Source of the DNA: a virus
IMG/VR virus record: IMGVR_UViG_3300019487_000065
Span: 1-35,741 of that record
Length of the DNA: 35,741 nt
Strand: one strand, 5' to 3'
Of the stretch, positions 8,746 through 16,169 are shown piece after piece; the first letter of the stretch is position 1, and each line of letters opens with the position of its first letter. Under the pieces are notes generated by a model. It saw nothing but the letters and a program-made list of their open reading frames with translations. It did not search any database and was not told the origin of the DNA. The translations under genes and the position numbers were made by a program.

Positions 8746-9127
8746 GCTGGAGCCATTACCGGACGGCACGCGCTTCACGGATGTTCTCGAAGCGGCGCAG
8801 GCCGCGTGGCTGGCGAAGAACTACGCGCTCTCACGTGAGCTGATCCAGCGCTACATCGATGCCGACGGCGAGTTCTGCTGCATGCGGTGCGCGGCGACAC
8901 AAGAACAGCCATGGAAGATCAACAACCACATGGGCACGTTCTACGTATGCCCACCGTGCTCGTCGATCGTGTCCCAAATGGGCGAGCTACTCGGCAACGG
9001 CGGCGAGATGTACATCGAGGGACCGCCCCAGAAGGTCTCCCAGATCATGGAGACCTACAAGGTCGGTGACATAATGGTCGTCAAGACCACGCGATCACGC
9101 GCGATGGTCAAGATCAGCAAGAAGTGA
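8735..9127 (+). CDS. small CxxC protein, member of the in-window paralogue family
   Basis: ATG 8735 (the track start 8576 is off-frame and Arg/Ser-rich). VLEAAQAAWLAKNYALSRELIQRY followed by RYIDADGEFCCMRC ... CPPC. Confidence 0.6.
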   Translation: MTAELEPLPDGTRFTDVLEAAQAAWLAKNYALSRELIQRYIDADGEFCCMRCAATQEQPWKINNHMGTFYVCPPCSSIVSQMGELLGNGGEMYIEGPPQKVSQIMETYKVGDIMVVKTTRSRAMVKISKK

Positions 9128-9128
9128 A

Positions 9129-9515
9129 CTACTGCGCGTAGTGGCGACGCCAGATCACAGCGCCCGTGGCTACTGCGCCGACGACAAGTACGGTCGACGC
9201 GACTGCCCAGAACTTGTAGTTCTTGTAGAAGGGCAGCTTGAGCGTCGGCGCCGATGTCACGTCGGGACCGTTGTCGATCGGGCGGACCTGATCGAACGCC
9301 GCCGAGATCGCCTTTTGGATACCGTTGCCGTTAGCACCGAGCGCGATGGCACGGAGTCCCACCTCGGAGCGTTCGCCGGCCGTCGGGAGCGAAGCGAACA
9401 ACGCGACCGCGCGTGGGTCGCCGATGGGCTCGAAGCCGATGTAGCCGAACACGAGCCGGGCCTTGGTCTCGATGTCGGCGGCCGAGAGGCCGAGGGCGTA
9501 TCCGTATTGAGGCAT
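9129..9515 (-). CDS. tail-anchored membrane protein (LPFYK..FW-TM-basic tail family)
   Basis: 128-aa ORF with strongly G/C-rich third positions, antisense to its neighbours. C-terminus LKLPFYKNYKFWAVASTVLVVGAVATGAVIWRRHYAQ parallels that of 12667-13224. Confidence 0.65.
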   Translation of the reverse strand: MPQYGYALGLSAADIETKARLVFGYIGFEPIGDPRAVALFASLPTAGERSEVGLRAIALGANGNGIQKAISAAFDQVRPIDNGPDVTSAPTLKLPFYKNYKFWAVASTVLVVGAVATGAVIWRRHYAQ

Positions 9516-9537
9516 GCCCTGACTCTATCACAACGTC

Positions 9538-9553
9538 GATCGCTCGCGCGATC
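9538..9553. promoter_or_regulatory. 16-bp palindromic motif GATCGCTCGCGCGATC, copy 1
   Basis: Exact 16-mer, identical to 13640-13655 and the reverse complement of 17163-17178. It lies in the divergent intergenic region, 22 nt upstream of the ATG of 9129-9515. Confidence 0.7.
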
Positions 9554-9612
9554 ACCCGATCTTCGACGAACTTGATGTCCGAACGCGGGCGCGGTACGAA
9601 AGCGAGACCATT

Positions 9613-9960
9613 ATGAGCAAGCAGGACAAGCAGGACATGTTCGGGATGGGCGATGACGAAGGTGCCGACGAGTACGTCATCATTCAGCTGATCAGCGCCG
9701 AGGGCTGGCGCGCGGTGTTCCAGGACGACAAGGGCCCCCAGCGCGTGCTCGGCCTCGCGTGTTTCGCGCTCGTCGAGATCATCCCAGACAAGCCCGAGGT
9801 CGCGCAGATTCCGCAGCGCGCGATTCGCCCGATGGTCGTCGACGAGTTCGGCGACGTCGAGGACGTCGGCTCGTTTGAGGACTTCATTTGCGTCGTGCAG
9901 CCGGGCATGGACATCCAACCGGTGGTCGCGTACGCGATCAGGAACCGCGAGACGGCGTAA
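9613..9960 (+). CDS. hypothetical acidic protein
   Basis: 115-aa ORF preceded by TTGATG-N17-TACGAA and a 12-nt leader. G/C-rich third positions. Confidence 0.6.
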   Translation: MSKQDKQDMFGMGDDEGADEYVIIQLISAEGWRAVFQDDKGPQRVLGLACFALVEIIPDKPEVAQIPQRAIRPMVVDEFGDVEDVGSFEDFICVVQPGMDIQPVVAYAIRNRETA

Positions 9961-9963
9961 TCG

Positions 9964-10806
9964 ATGGTCCTGCGCGGTCCTAGCCGCCATCTACCCGGAG
10001 TCCCACGCTCCGGGCCCACGAACACGCAGTCGCGGGCGATTCACTCGCTCGAACACATGTCGCTCGGGTGGGCGTGGCACGACGCCAAGAACGCGACGCG
10101 GCTCGCGATCGAGTTGCTGCGCTGGGGCACGCCGCCGACGAAGTGGGTCCAACCGGATGACCCCGCTGTCGCGGAATGGAACGAGCGCATGAACGCCGAG
10201 GAGCCGGTGGGTGGCGATCCCTATCGGACGCTCGGCGACCAGCGCGTGAACGTCGACATGCCCGAGGAGATCGACGCGCGCTTCGAGATCAACAACGTGT
10301 GCGTGTACCTCGGGCAGTTCAGCGACGGCATCGCGATCCAAGCACCGCCGGGTGCTGGTCGTGACGACGAGCATCCGATGACACGGCTCTACTGGTACGC
10401 CGACGTCATGAGCAAACGCATCGGGCAGGCGTGCGAGCGTGCGGCAGTCACCGCGAAGGACGGCGATCTACGCGAGCGTTGGCGCTGGATCGGCCATGCA
10501 GCGAAGGTCGCAACCAAGTTCATCCACAAGATCGCGACCGGCAACCCAGTGATCGGTTCGATCGACGGTGCCGCTGCAGGCATCCTGCGCGACATCGGTG
10601 CTGCGCTCGCGTACAGCGGCAAGCCAACCGACGAGATCGTTGGGCGGATGTTCCACTGGCGCGTGAGAGACGCGCTCAAGGGCAAGGAGCTGTCGCCCGA
10701 GCTGGAAGTGAACCTACGCCCGGCGTTCGAGGCAGCGTGGTCAGCCGGCGAGTACGAGTTCGCCTACTCGCTGCTCGCGGACCTTGATACGATCGCGACG
10801 CTATGA
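9964..10806 (+). CDS. hypothetical protein
   Basis: 280-aa ORF (alternative ATG at 10057). The C-terminus AFEAAWSAGEYEFAYSLLADL carries the helical motif of the CxxC family. ATGA junction with the next gene. Confidence 0.6.
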   Translation: MVLRGPSRHLPGVPRSGPTNTQSRAIHSLEHMSLGWAWHDAKNATRLAIELLRWGTPPTKWVQPDDPAVAEWNERMNAEEPVGGDPYRTLGDQRVNVDMPEEIDARFEINNVCVYLGQFSDGIAIQAPPGAGRDDEHPMTRLYWYADVMSKRIGQACERAAVTAKDGDLRERWRWIGHAAKVATKFIHKIATGNPVIGSIDGAAAGILRDIGAALAYSGKPTDEIVGRMFHWRVRDALKGKELSPELEVNLRPAFEAAWSAGEYEFAYSLLADLDTIATL

Positions 10807-11108
10807 ACGAGAAGCGCTTCCCGGTGATCCGGGGCCAGACGCGGCTACCGCGCGAGGTAGCAGCCACGTGGCCGCGCAGCGTGCCGTGGAGCTTCGTCGA
10901 GAAGTTTCGCGAGCGCGCCGAGGATAACCACAGCCAGACGCTCGAAGTGCTCGCATCGCGCGGCGGGCTCGGACCCGACGAGATGTGGCTCGCGGCGCAC
11001 GACCAGCCGCTGTCGCGCTTCCGTCAGAACGTCGAGCCGCCGAGCGAACAAGCGTGCGGCGAGTGGTTGATTGCCGAGATGCGCAAGCTCGGGGAAGGAC
11101 CGTCATGA
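10803..11108 (+). CDS. hypothetical protein
   Basis: 101-aa ORF with ATGA overlaps on both sides. Confidence 0.6.
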   Translation: MNEKRFPVIRGQTRLPREVAATWPRSVPWSFVEKFRERAEDNHSQTLEVLASRGGLGPDEMWLAAHDQPLSRFRQNVEPPSEQACGEWLIAEMRKLGEGPS

Positions 11109-11374
11109 GTCACGACGACGAGGGAAAGCAGGCGAGCCTCGAACGCATCCGCGAGAGTGGTGTACTGCCGGGGCAGATCTACAAGCACCACGTGACCGGC
11201 GGCGTGTACGTCGTGACGGCCGTCGGCCTGAACGAGCCCGACCTCGAACCGCTCGTGCACTACCGCGCCGCTGAGGACCCGTACGCGATCGTCTGGACGC
11301 GGCAGCTGCACGTGTTCACCGGCAAGGCGCTCGTCGGTGACACACTCGTGCAGCGCTTCGTGCAGATCAGCTAG
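11105..11374 (+). CDS. DUF1653-like protein
   Basis: ATG 11105 forms an ATGA overlap. IYKHHVTGGVYVVTAVG ... PLVHYRAAEDPYAIVWTRQLHVF matches the DUF1653 pattern (YxHYKGxxY ... VVYR ... WVRP..F). Confidence 0.65.
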   Translation: MSHDDEGKQASLERIRESGVLPGQIYKHHVTGGVYVVTAVGLNEPDLEPLVHYRAAEDPYAIVWTRQLHVFTGKALVGDTLVQRFVQIS

Positions 11375-11880
11375 ACGTAGATCGTCGGGCCAGCCCAACG
11401 GCCCTGTGCGTCGTACACGTGCACCTGCACCCAGCTCGTCGCGACCTCGATCGTCTGGTGGCAGCGGTTACAGGTCACTGTACCGTGCGCGTTGGCGGTG
11501 CCGCACTTGTAGCAGTGCGCCGGATCGTCGGGCGGTGGTTGCGCGAGTGCCGTCTCGATAGGCTTGCCACGCAGCCCGCGCGCGAACTGCAGCGCAGCGG
11601 CCTCGGACGGGAACCCAATGGAACGATCCGGATCGGCGTGCTCGTTGCCGAGCAGGTCGCAGACGTGCTTGCCCGTCCACCGGTTGTAGATCGTCCAGAA
11701 CACCGGCACTGGCTTCGGTGGCGGTGTCCACGGACCTTGCATCGCAGCCATGTTGCGCTGCACCTTCGCGAGATCTTCGTCGGACAGCGCGGGACCTGCG
11801 ATGGCCTCGCCTGTTGGCTTGGGACCGGCCATCGATTCGTCGGTGGACCCGAAGATCGTGGCGCCCTGGATGATTCGCAT
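11371..11880 (-). CDS. hypothetical protein with C-terminal zinc ribbon
   Basis: 169-aa ORF with CYKCG ... CNRC. Its stop and the stop of the convergent DUF1653 gene share CTAG. Confidence 0.6.
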   Translation of the reverse strand: MRIIQGATIFGSTDESMAGPKPTGEAIAGPALSDEDLAKVQRNMAAMQGPWTPPPKPVPVFWTIYNRWTGKHVCDLLGNEHADPDRSIGFPSEAAALQFARGLRGKPIETALAQPPPDDPAHCYKCGTANAHGTVTCNRCHQTIEVATSWVQVHVYDAQGRWAGPTIYV

Positions 11881-11889
11881 CCTCGAAGT

Positions 11890-12666
11890 CTAGGCCGTGA
11901 TCGCGGCGATGTCGTTCTCGAACCGTGCGAGGTCGAAGCCATTGGGCGCCTTGCGCGTGTGCGTGATCCACAAATCGTCGATCACGAACCACGCCTCATC
12001 GATGTAGAGATCATCCCAGGCGTACGACATGCTCGTCTTGGCGACCCACGGCATCGTGCTCCACTTGCCGCGTTGGTGTCCGGTGATGATGAACGCGTGA
12101 CCACCTGCCGAGCCTGGGCGCTCATCGGGCGCACGTTGGCCGGGTGGGCTGACATCCCAGTTGAGCCCTTGACGATCGATCGACGCCGGCAAGCTCGCGC
12201 CGATGATCAACGAGCCACATGCATGGAGCGCTGCGCGCATCTCCAGCGTGTCGTTATGGTTCACGCGGCCGAAGCCCCGAATCTTGTACTGGCCGTTGCG
12301 GAACCCGACATTGCGGAGCTGCGTGAGCGCGTTGATGATCTGATCACCGCGATCGGATAGCGAACCGGGGACACCATCCCAGCCGGTGCCGTCTTTGTAG
12401 GCCTTCAAGACGTCGTCGGCGGTCAGCTCGCACTTGATGCCGAGCAGCGCGCAGCGCTGTTGGATGACGTGTCCGTAGCTCGTGCGCGTACAGCACCCAA
12501 CGCGATCGTTGCCGAGGAACGTGTAGTCGGACGTTGGACCTGTCCAGTCATCGATCGGCGGTGGTGCTTGGTAGCCGGGCCCCGTGTTTGCTGCGTAGCG
12601 CGCGAACCATGCGGTCCGCAGGTCGCGCCGCGATGGGGCCGAGCGACCAAACTTGCCGATCTGCAC
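11890..12666 (-). CDS. papain-like cysteine peptidase
   Basis: 258 aa with a GTG start abutting the upstream stop. LGNDRVGCCT (nucleophile region) and GSAGGHAFIITGH (His region) fit C1-like peptidases seen in phages. Confidence 0.65.
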   Translation of the reverse strand: MQIGKFGRSAPSRRDLRTAWFARYAANTGPGYQAPPPIDDWTGPTSDYTFLGNDRVGCCTRTSYGHVIQQRCALLGIKCELTADDVLKAYKDGTGWDGVPGSLSDRGDQIINALTQLRNVGFRNGQYKIRGFGRVNHNDTLEMRAALHACGSLIIGASLPASIDRQGLNWDVSPPGQRAPDERPGSAGGHAFIITGHQRGKWSTMPWVAKTSMSYAWDDLYIDEAWFVIDDLWITHTRKAPNGFDLARFENDIAAITA

Positions 12667-13224
12667 TTATCGTCTCCGTCGAAGGAGCGCGGCGCCCGCG
12701 CCGCCGATCAGCGCAGCGCCGCCGACGGCCGTCCAGAACTGCCACTTCTTGTAGAAAGGCAACGGCTCGACGGTGATCGTAGTCGTCGGCGGCACGGTCG
12801 TACCCGACGCGAGCGCGGTCATGAGTCGTTCGGCAGCGGCACGAATCCCTGGGACGGTTCCCATGTACGCGATCGCCGGGTTGCCCATCGGCAGCTCGTT
12901 GTACTTGTTGATGCGCGCGACGATCGCAGGATCTTGCGAGGGGATGTCGAACGTAGGGAACGCGCCGCCGGCCGCGTTCGCAGCCGCAGTCAGCTCGCGA
13001 ACCATGTCGCTGCCGAGGTAGATGATGTTCGTCCCGCTACCACTGCTGAGGCCGATCGCGCCCGCCGAACCCGACGACTGCACGACGACGAAGGCGTCGT
13101 TCGCAGGTTGAAACCAACCGGCCACGATGCCTTGCAGGTACTTCAGCGCTTCGCTGGGGCTGTTACGTAGCGTCTCGGCGTAGCTATCGTCGCCGAAGCT
13201 CGATGCGCGTGCGAGCGTGAGCAT
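12667..13224 (-). CDS. tail-anchored membrane protein (LPFYK..FW-TM-basic tail family)
   Basis: 185 aa. N-terminus MLTLARASSFGDD. C-terminus VEPLPFYKKWQFWTAVGGAALIGGAGAALLRRRR. The start overlaps the upstream stop by 1 nt. Confidence 0.65.
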   Translation of the reverse strand: MLTLARASSFGDDSYAETLRNSPSEALKYLQGIVAGWFQPANDAFVVVQSSGSAGAIGLSSGSGTNIIYLGSDMVRELTAAANAAGGAFPTFDIPSQDPAIVARINKYNELPMGNPAIAYMGTVPGIRAAAERLMTALASGTTVPPTTTITVEPLPFYKKWQFWTAVGGAALIGGAGAALLRRRR

Positions 13225-13622
13225 TAGATGTCTCCTGCCGAGGTCTTGAACGTTGCGTTGCCGGCTTCTTCACGACGGAAACGTTCGAGCGTGTTGTAGG
13301 CGTTCCAGCTGTCGGCCTGTGGCGGCGGTGCCGAGCGGTTGCCGAGGTAGCCCTGAACGACTTCGGCGAGCGCACAACCGCCGATCGCTTTGCCGGCGTT
13401 CTTGGCGCGCTGGTAGATCGCGGCCCAGTCTGGCATCTGGCCGTGGAGCAGCACTTGAAACTCGGCGACGAGCGACGTGATCTGGTCGCGGTTCTGTGCC
13501 GTGCAATCGACGACGGCATTGACGACGACAGGCACTGGGCCGGGACCCGGACAGCCAACCGGCACGATCATGCCGATGGCGAGGGCGAGGGCGATGAGCA
13601 TGTGCTGGACGGTGAGTTTCAT
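13224..13622 (-). CDS. small secreted or membrane-anchored protein (signal peptide; lipobox not canonical)
   Basis: ATG 13622 gives MKLTVQHMLIALALAIGMIVPVGCPGPGP. The upstream part of the 236-aa track ORF is Arg-rich. The 16-bp palindrome and a TACGCT hexamer lie just upstream. Confidence 0.6.
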   Translation of the reverse strand: MKLTVQHMLIALALAIGMIVPVGCPGPGPVPVVVNAVVDCTAQNRDQITSLVAEFQVLLHGQMPDWAAIYQRAKNAGKAIGGCALAEVVQGYLGNRSAPPPQADSWNAYNTLERFRREEAGNATFKTSAGDI

Positions 13623-13639
13623 GGCGTCCAGCGTATCAC

Positions 13640-13655
13640 GATCGCTCGCGCGATC
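13640..13655. promoter_or_regulatory. 16-bp palindromic motif GATCGCTCGCGCGATC, copy 2
   Basis: Exact repeat of 9538-9553, in the 35-nt gap between 13658-15346 and 13224-13622, 17 nt upstream of the ATG at 13622. Confidence 0.7.
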
Positions 13656-13657
13656 GC

Positions 13658-15346
13658 CTACGAAGCTGGCAGCGGGCTCAGAAGTGGATAGCCAGACTCG
13701 GTGCGGTGCACACCGATGGGCGCGTAGTTCAGGTGCGACTCCAATCCCAGCAGGCGCGCCAACGTGTAGACGATGCTGAGCCACATCTCGGTCCCGCGCA
13801 GCGTCGGTATCGAGCCGCGACTGAACGCGAAGCCCTGGTTGGGCGTCCAGCGAGGCAAGATTGCTTCGAGCTGCGTGCGCGCCCAGCGCTGCACGTCCTC
13901 GCGACGATGTGTGGTCTGCTGGAGACAGAGCCACAGCGGGTGCGCGACATCGAGCACGTTGCAGGCCGTCTCGCGGCCGTGCAGATCAGCGGCGTGCACG
14001 AGAATCGTGTCGAGCGCTTGCACTGGATACGGCACCGGCTTGTCGAACTGCGCGTACGTGCCGCGTGTGAGCCGATAGAAACCGTTCACCGGTTGCAGCC
14101 AGCGATCGGGCTGACGGTGGGCGCCCCACAGCCCTGTCGTGGAATTGCACCGCGTGTCGAGTGCGTGAAACAGCAATTCGAGCTGCGTACCCTGCGCGAA
14201 GTAGCGACGGTTGAAGTAGAGGCAGGACGCGTAGCAATCCACCCACGCGCCTGCGCCCCACGAATAACCGGTCCAATCTAGCGACCCGAGCGTCTTCAGC
14301 AACGTCGCGTCGTCGACTGCTTCGACAGCGTGCACCGGCCATCCGAGATTGGAGCCGAGACATTCGAGCGCGTACTGGACGATCATCGTGTTGTAGAACG
14401 GCTCGCCCGCTGTGGTCTCGCCGGGCTGACCCGCATCAGGCGCTTCGGGAAGGTATTCACCGACGAGGCCAGTGTGTGCGTCCTGCCACGAGCGTAGTCG
14501 CGTGACGAGTGCAGCCTTCGTGTGGTTCGGCGGCGTCGTGTGGAACATCGCTGCGATCTCGATCGCGTCGCACCACGGGCGTACGTACGTGATGCCGTTT
14601 GGCTGATCGACGAAACATGCGTGACCCGACGGCAACGTCGCGGTGCAGCGTGTGAGCACGGCGGGCATCTGTTGACGCGCACGTTCCCCGAAGTCGCGCA
14701 GTGACGCCGCAAGAGGATCGTGTGACGCGCTTGGCTGTACTGGCGACGCGTTGCGCATTCGAATCACCTTGGCCGGATTGCCGCCGACGATCGCGTAGTC
14801 GGGGACGTTCTTCGTGACCACAGCACCGGCTGCGACGATGGTGTGACTGCCGACGTGAATGCCGTCGAGGATGACCGTATTCGATCCAATCCATACATCG
14901 TCGCCCAACGTGATGCCGATCGAGTGCGTGGGCTGTTGGTAGACCGGAATGTCCACGCGCGCGTAGCCATGCTGAAAGCCGATCAAGGACGCGTGCGCGC
15001 CGATTCGAATACCGTGTCCGCCTCGAATTTTGCCGCGCACCGCTGCAAATGGATTGATCGTGCAGTGATCACCCAAAGTCACGTCGTCGGTCACGTACGC
15101 ATTGGCAGCGACGAAACAGCGTTCCCCGAGTTGCAATGATTTGCCGAGGCCGCCGACGATGGCAGCGCGCGGCGAGAGGTAGCAATCCTTGCCCACACGC
15201 ACACCCAGCTCGCGTGCGAGTAGGCGTTGGTGTTCGTGTTGCGCGTGCCGCTCGACAGTGGTGCTGTTCACCCAGTACAGCCACGGACAGAAATCTAGCT
15301 GCTGCTGTCGAAGCGCCGCTTTATCAACATCCGGGTCAGTGCTCAT
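13658..15346 (-). CDS. hexapeptide-repeat (LbH) acetyltransferase fused to a C-terminal alpha/alpha-toroid-like domain
   Basis: ATG 15346 (MSTDPDVDK) avoids a 100-nt overlap with the upstream gene. The LbH region runs from VGKDCYLSPRAAIVGG to IVGGNPAKVIRMR and includes FQHGY. The last ~330 aa have repeated aromatic/Gly motifs (TGLWGAH, NQGFAFS) like prenyltransferase/terpene-cyclase-type toroids. Confidence 0.75.
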   Translation of the reverse strand: MSTDPDVDKAALRQQQLDFCPWLYWVNSTTVERHAQHEHQRLLARELGVRVGKDCYLSPRAAIVGGLGKSLQLGERCFVAANAYVTDDVTLGDHCTINPFAAVRGKIRGGHGIRIGAHASLIGFQHGYARVDIPVYQQPTHSIGITLGDDVWIGSNTVILDGIHVGSHTIVAAGAVVTKNVPDYAIVGGNPAKVIRMRNASPVQPSASHDPLAASLRDFGERARQQMPAVLTRCTATLPSGHACFVDQPNGITYVRPWCDAIEIAAMFHTTPPNHTKAALVTRLRSWQDAHTGLVGEYLPEAPDAGQPGETTAGEPFYNTMIVQYALECLGSNLGWPVHAVEAVDDATLLKTLGSLDWTGYSWGAGAWVDCYASCLYFNRRYFAQGTQLELLFHALDTRCNSTTGLWGAHRQPDRWLQPVNGFYRLTRGTYAQFDKPVPYPVQALDTILVHAADLHGRETACNVLDVAHPLWLCLQQTTHRREDVQRWARTQLEAILPRWTPNQGFAFSRGSIPTLRGTEMWLSIVYTLARLLGLESHLNYAPIGVHRTESGYPLLSPLPAS

Positions 15347-15365
15347 ACTGGACCCGTGTTCGTTG

Positions 15366-16169
15366 TCATCGCGCTCTTCGTCGCCGCAGCGCTGCTTCTG
15401 CTTGGCGCCGTAAGGGGCCTGGGCCCGCCAGACCGGTCGCGTGACGATGATGAAAAAACAGCCCAAGCGCCGTCGTCGCCACCACAGCCGTGACGCCCGC
15501 CGCGATCAACGGGATCTTGTACTTCGAAATGGGCGACGGGGTCGGTGTGATCGTGATCGGTCCGATTTCGAGCCCGAGTTCGAGGGCTTTCAATGCGGAT
15601 GTAGCAACGTTGAGCAGCGTGACGTCGCGTTGCAGCTGCGGATCTGCGAACAGCTTGAGGGTCGTCATCGCTTCGGTACGAACGCTCGCCGGGATGTCAC
15701 GGTTCTTGAGCAGATTGTACAAGCTGACCGCGATGTATCCCTTGACAGTGTCGTTCGGCTCGATGCGACCCGCCGACGCTAACGCTTGTGCAGCAAGTGT
15801 CGGTGACACGGAATCGAACACAGGCTGCTCACCGAGTTTAAGCGCCGCGATCCGCCGAACGTTCACTTCGGTCGGCGAGACGCGCGCACCCATGCCGGTG
15901 TTACGCCAACCGGTGAGAATCGACTGCGCGATGCTGAACAAGAGCGCGTTGTCGACATCTTCAAGGAGCGTTTGCTTCTCGAAGGTCTTGATGCCCTTGG
16001 TGCCGCCGACCTGCTCGTCGCAAGTGACGACGGTGCTCGCGGCATTGTCGTCGTTACCGACGATGGGAAACGAACGGATGCATTGCTCGACGCGCTGCTT
16101 GAGTGCAGTTAGCTCGGACATCGGCGCACCGAGACCGCCGAGTGTGTTTGCGCCGGAGACGACCAGCAT
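15366..16169 (-). CDS. membrane-anchored protein (single C-terminal TM plus Arg-rich tail)
   Basis: 267 aa. N-terminus MLVVSGANTLGGLG. TM helix IPLIAAGVTAVVATTALGLFF followed by a basic tail ending RRRRAR. Confidence 0.65.
   Translation of the reverse strand: MLVVSGANTLGGLGAPMSELTALKQRVEQCIRSFPIVGNDDNAASTVVTCDEQVGGTKGIKTFEKQTLLEDVDNALLFSIAQSILTGWRNTGMGARVSPTEVNVRRIAALKLGEQPVFDSVSPTLAAQALASAGRIEPNDTVKGYIAVSLYNLLKNRDIPASVRTEAMTTLKLFADPQLQRDVTLLNVATSALKALELGLEIGPITITPTPSPISKYKIPLIAAGVTAVVATTALGLFFHHRHATGLAGPGPLRRQAEAALRRRRAR

Noticed and set aside
12161-12172. The 12-mer gagcccttgacg, shared between 12163-12174 and 28651-28662.
   Set aside because: One copy is inside the peptidase CDS. Pairs of identical 12-mers are expected by chance in about 36 kb of biased composition.
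11419-12360. Long ORFs in the track lying opposite or out of frame to the called genes. Examples are 11419-12360 +, 16209-17153 +, 21522-22400 +, 22910-23788 +, 25280-25978 +, 25776-26678 - (N-terminal part), 33388-34188 + and 34460-35560 +.
   Set aside because: Their translations are dominated by Arg, Ala, Gly and Pro, typical of off-frame reading of high-GC DNA. They overlap ORFs that have recognisable domains, G/C-rich third positions and start/stop coupling. They have no plausible start context.
12667-13224. Interpreting the motif-TM-Arg tails as PEP-CTERM/LPXTG-type sorting signals processed by a sortase-like enzyme.
   Set aside because: None of the carriers has an N-terminal signal peptide, and no sortase, exosortase or rhombosortase gene is present in the window. 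Tail anchoring is the simpler reading. I kept it only as an alternative within the finding.
13224-13622. Calling the small exported protein a lipoprotein.
   Set aside because: The Cys follows VPVG, which places Pro at -3 rather than the L/V/I of a canonical lipobox. I describe it only as signal-peptide or membrane-anchored.
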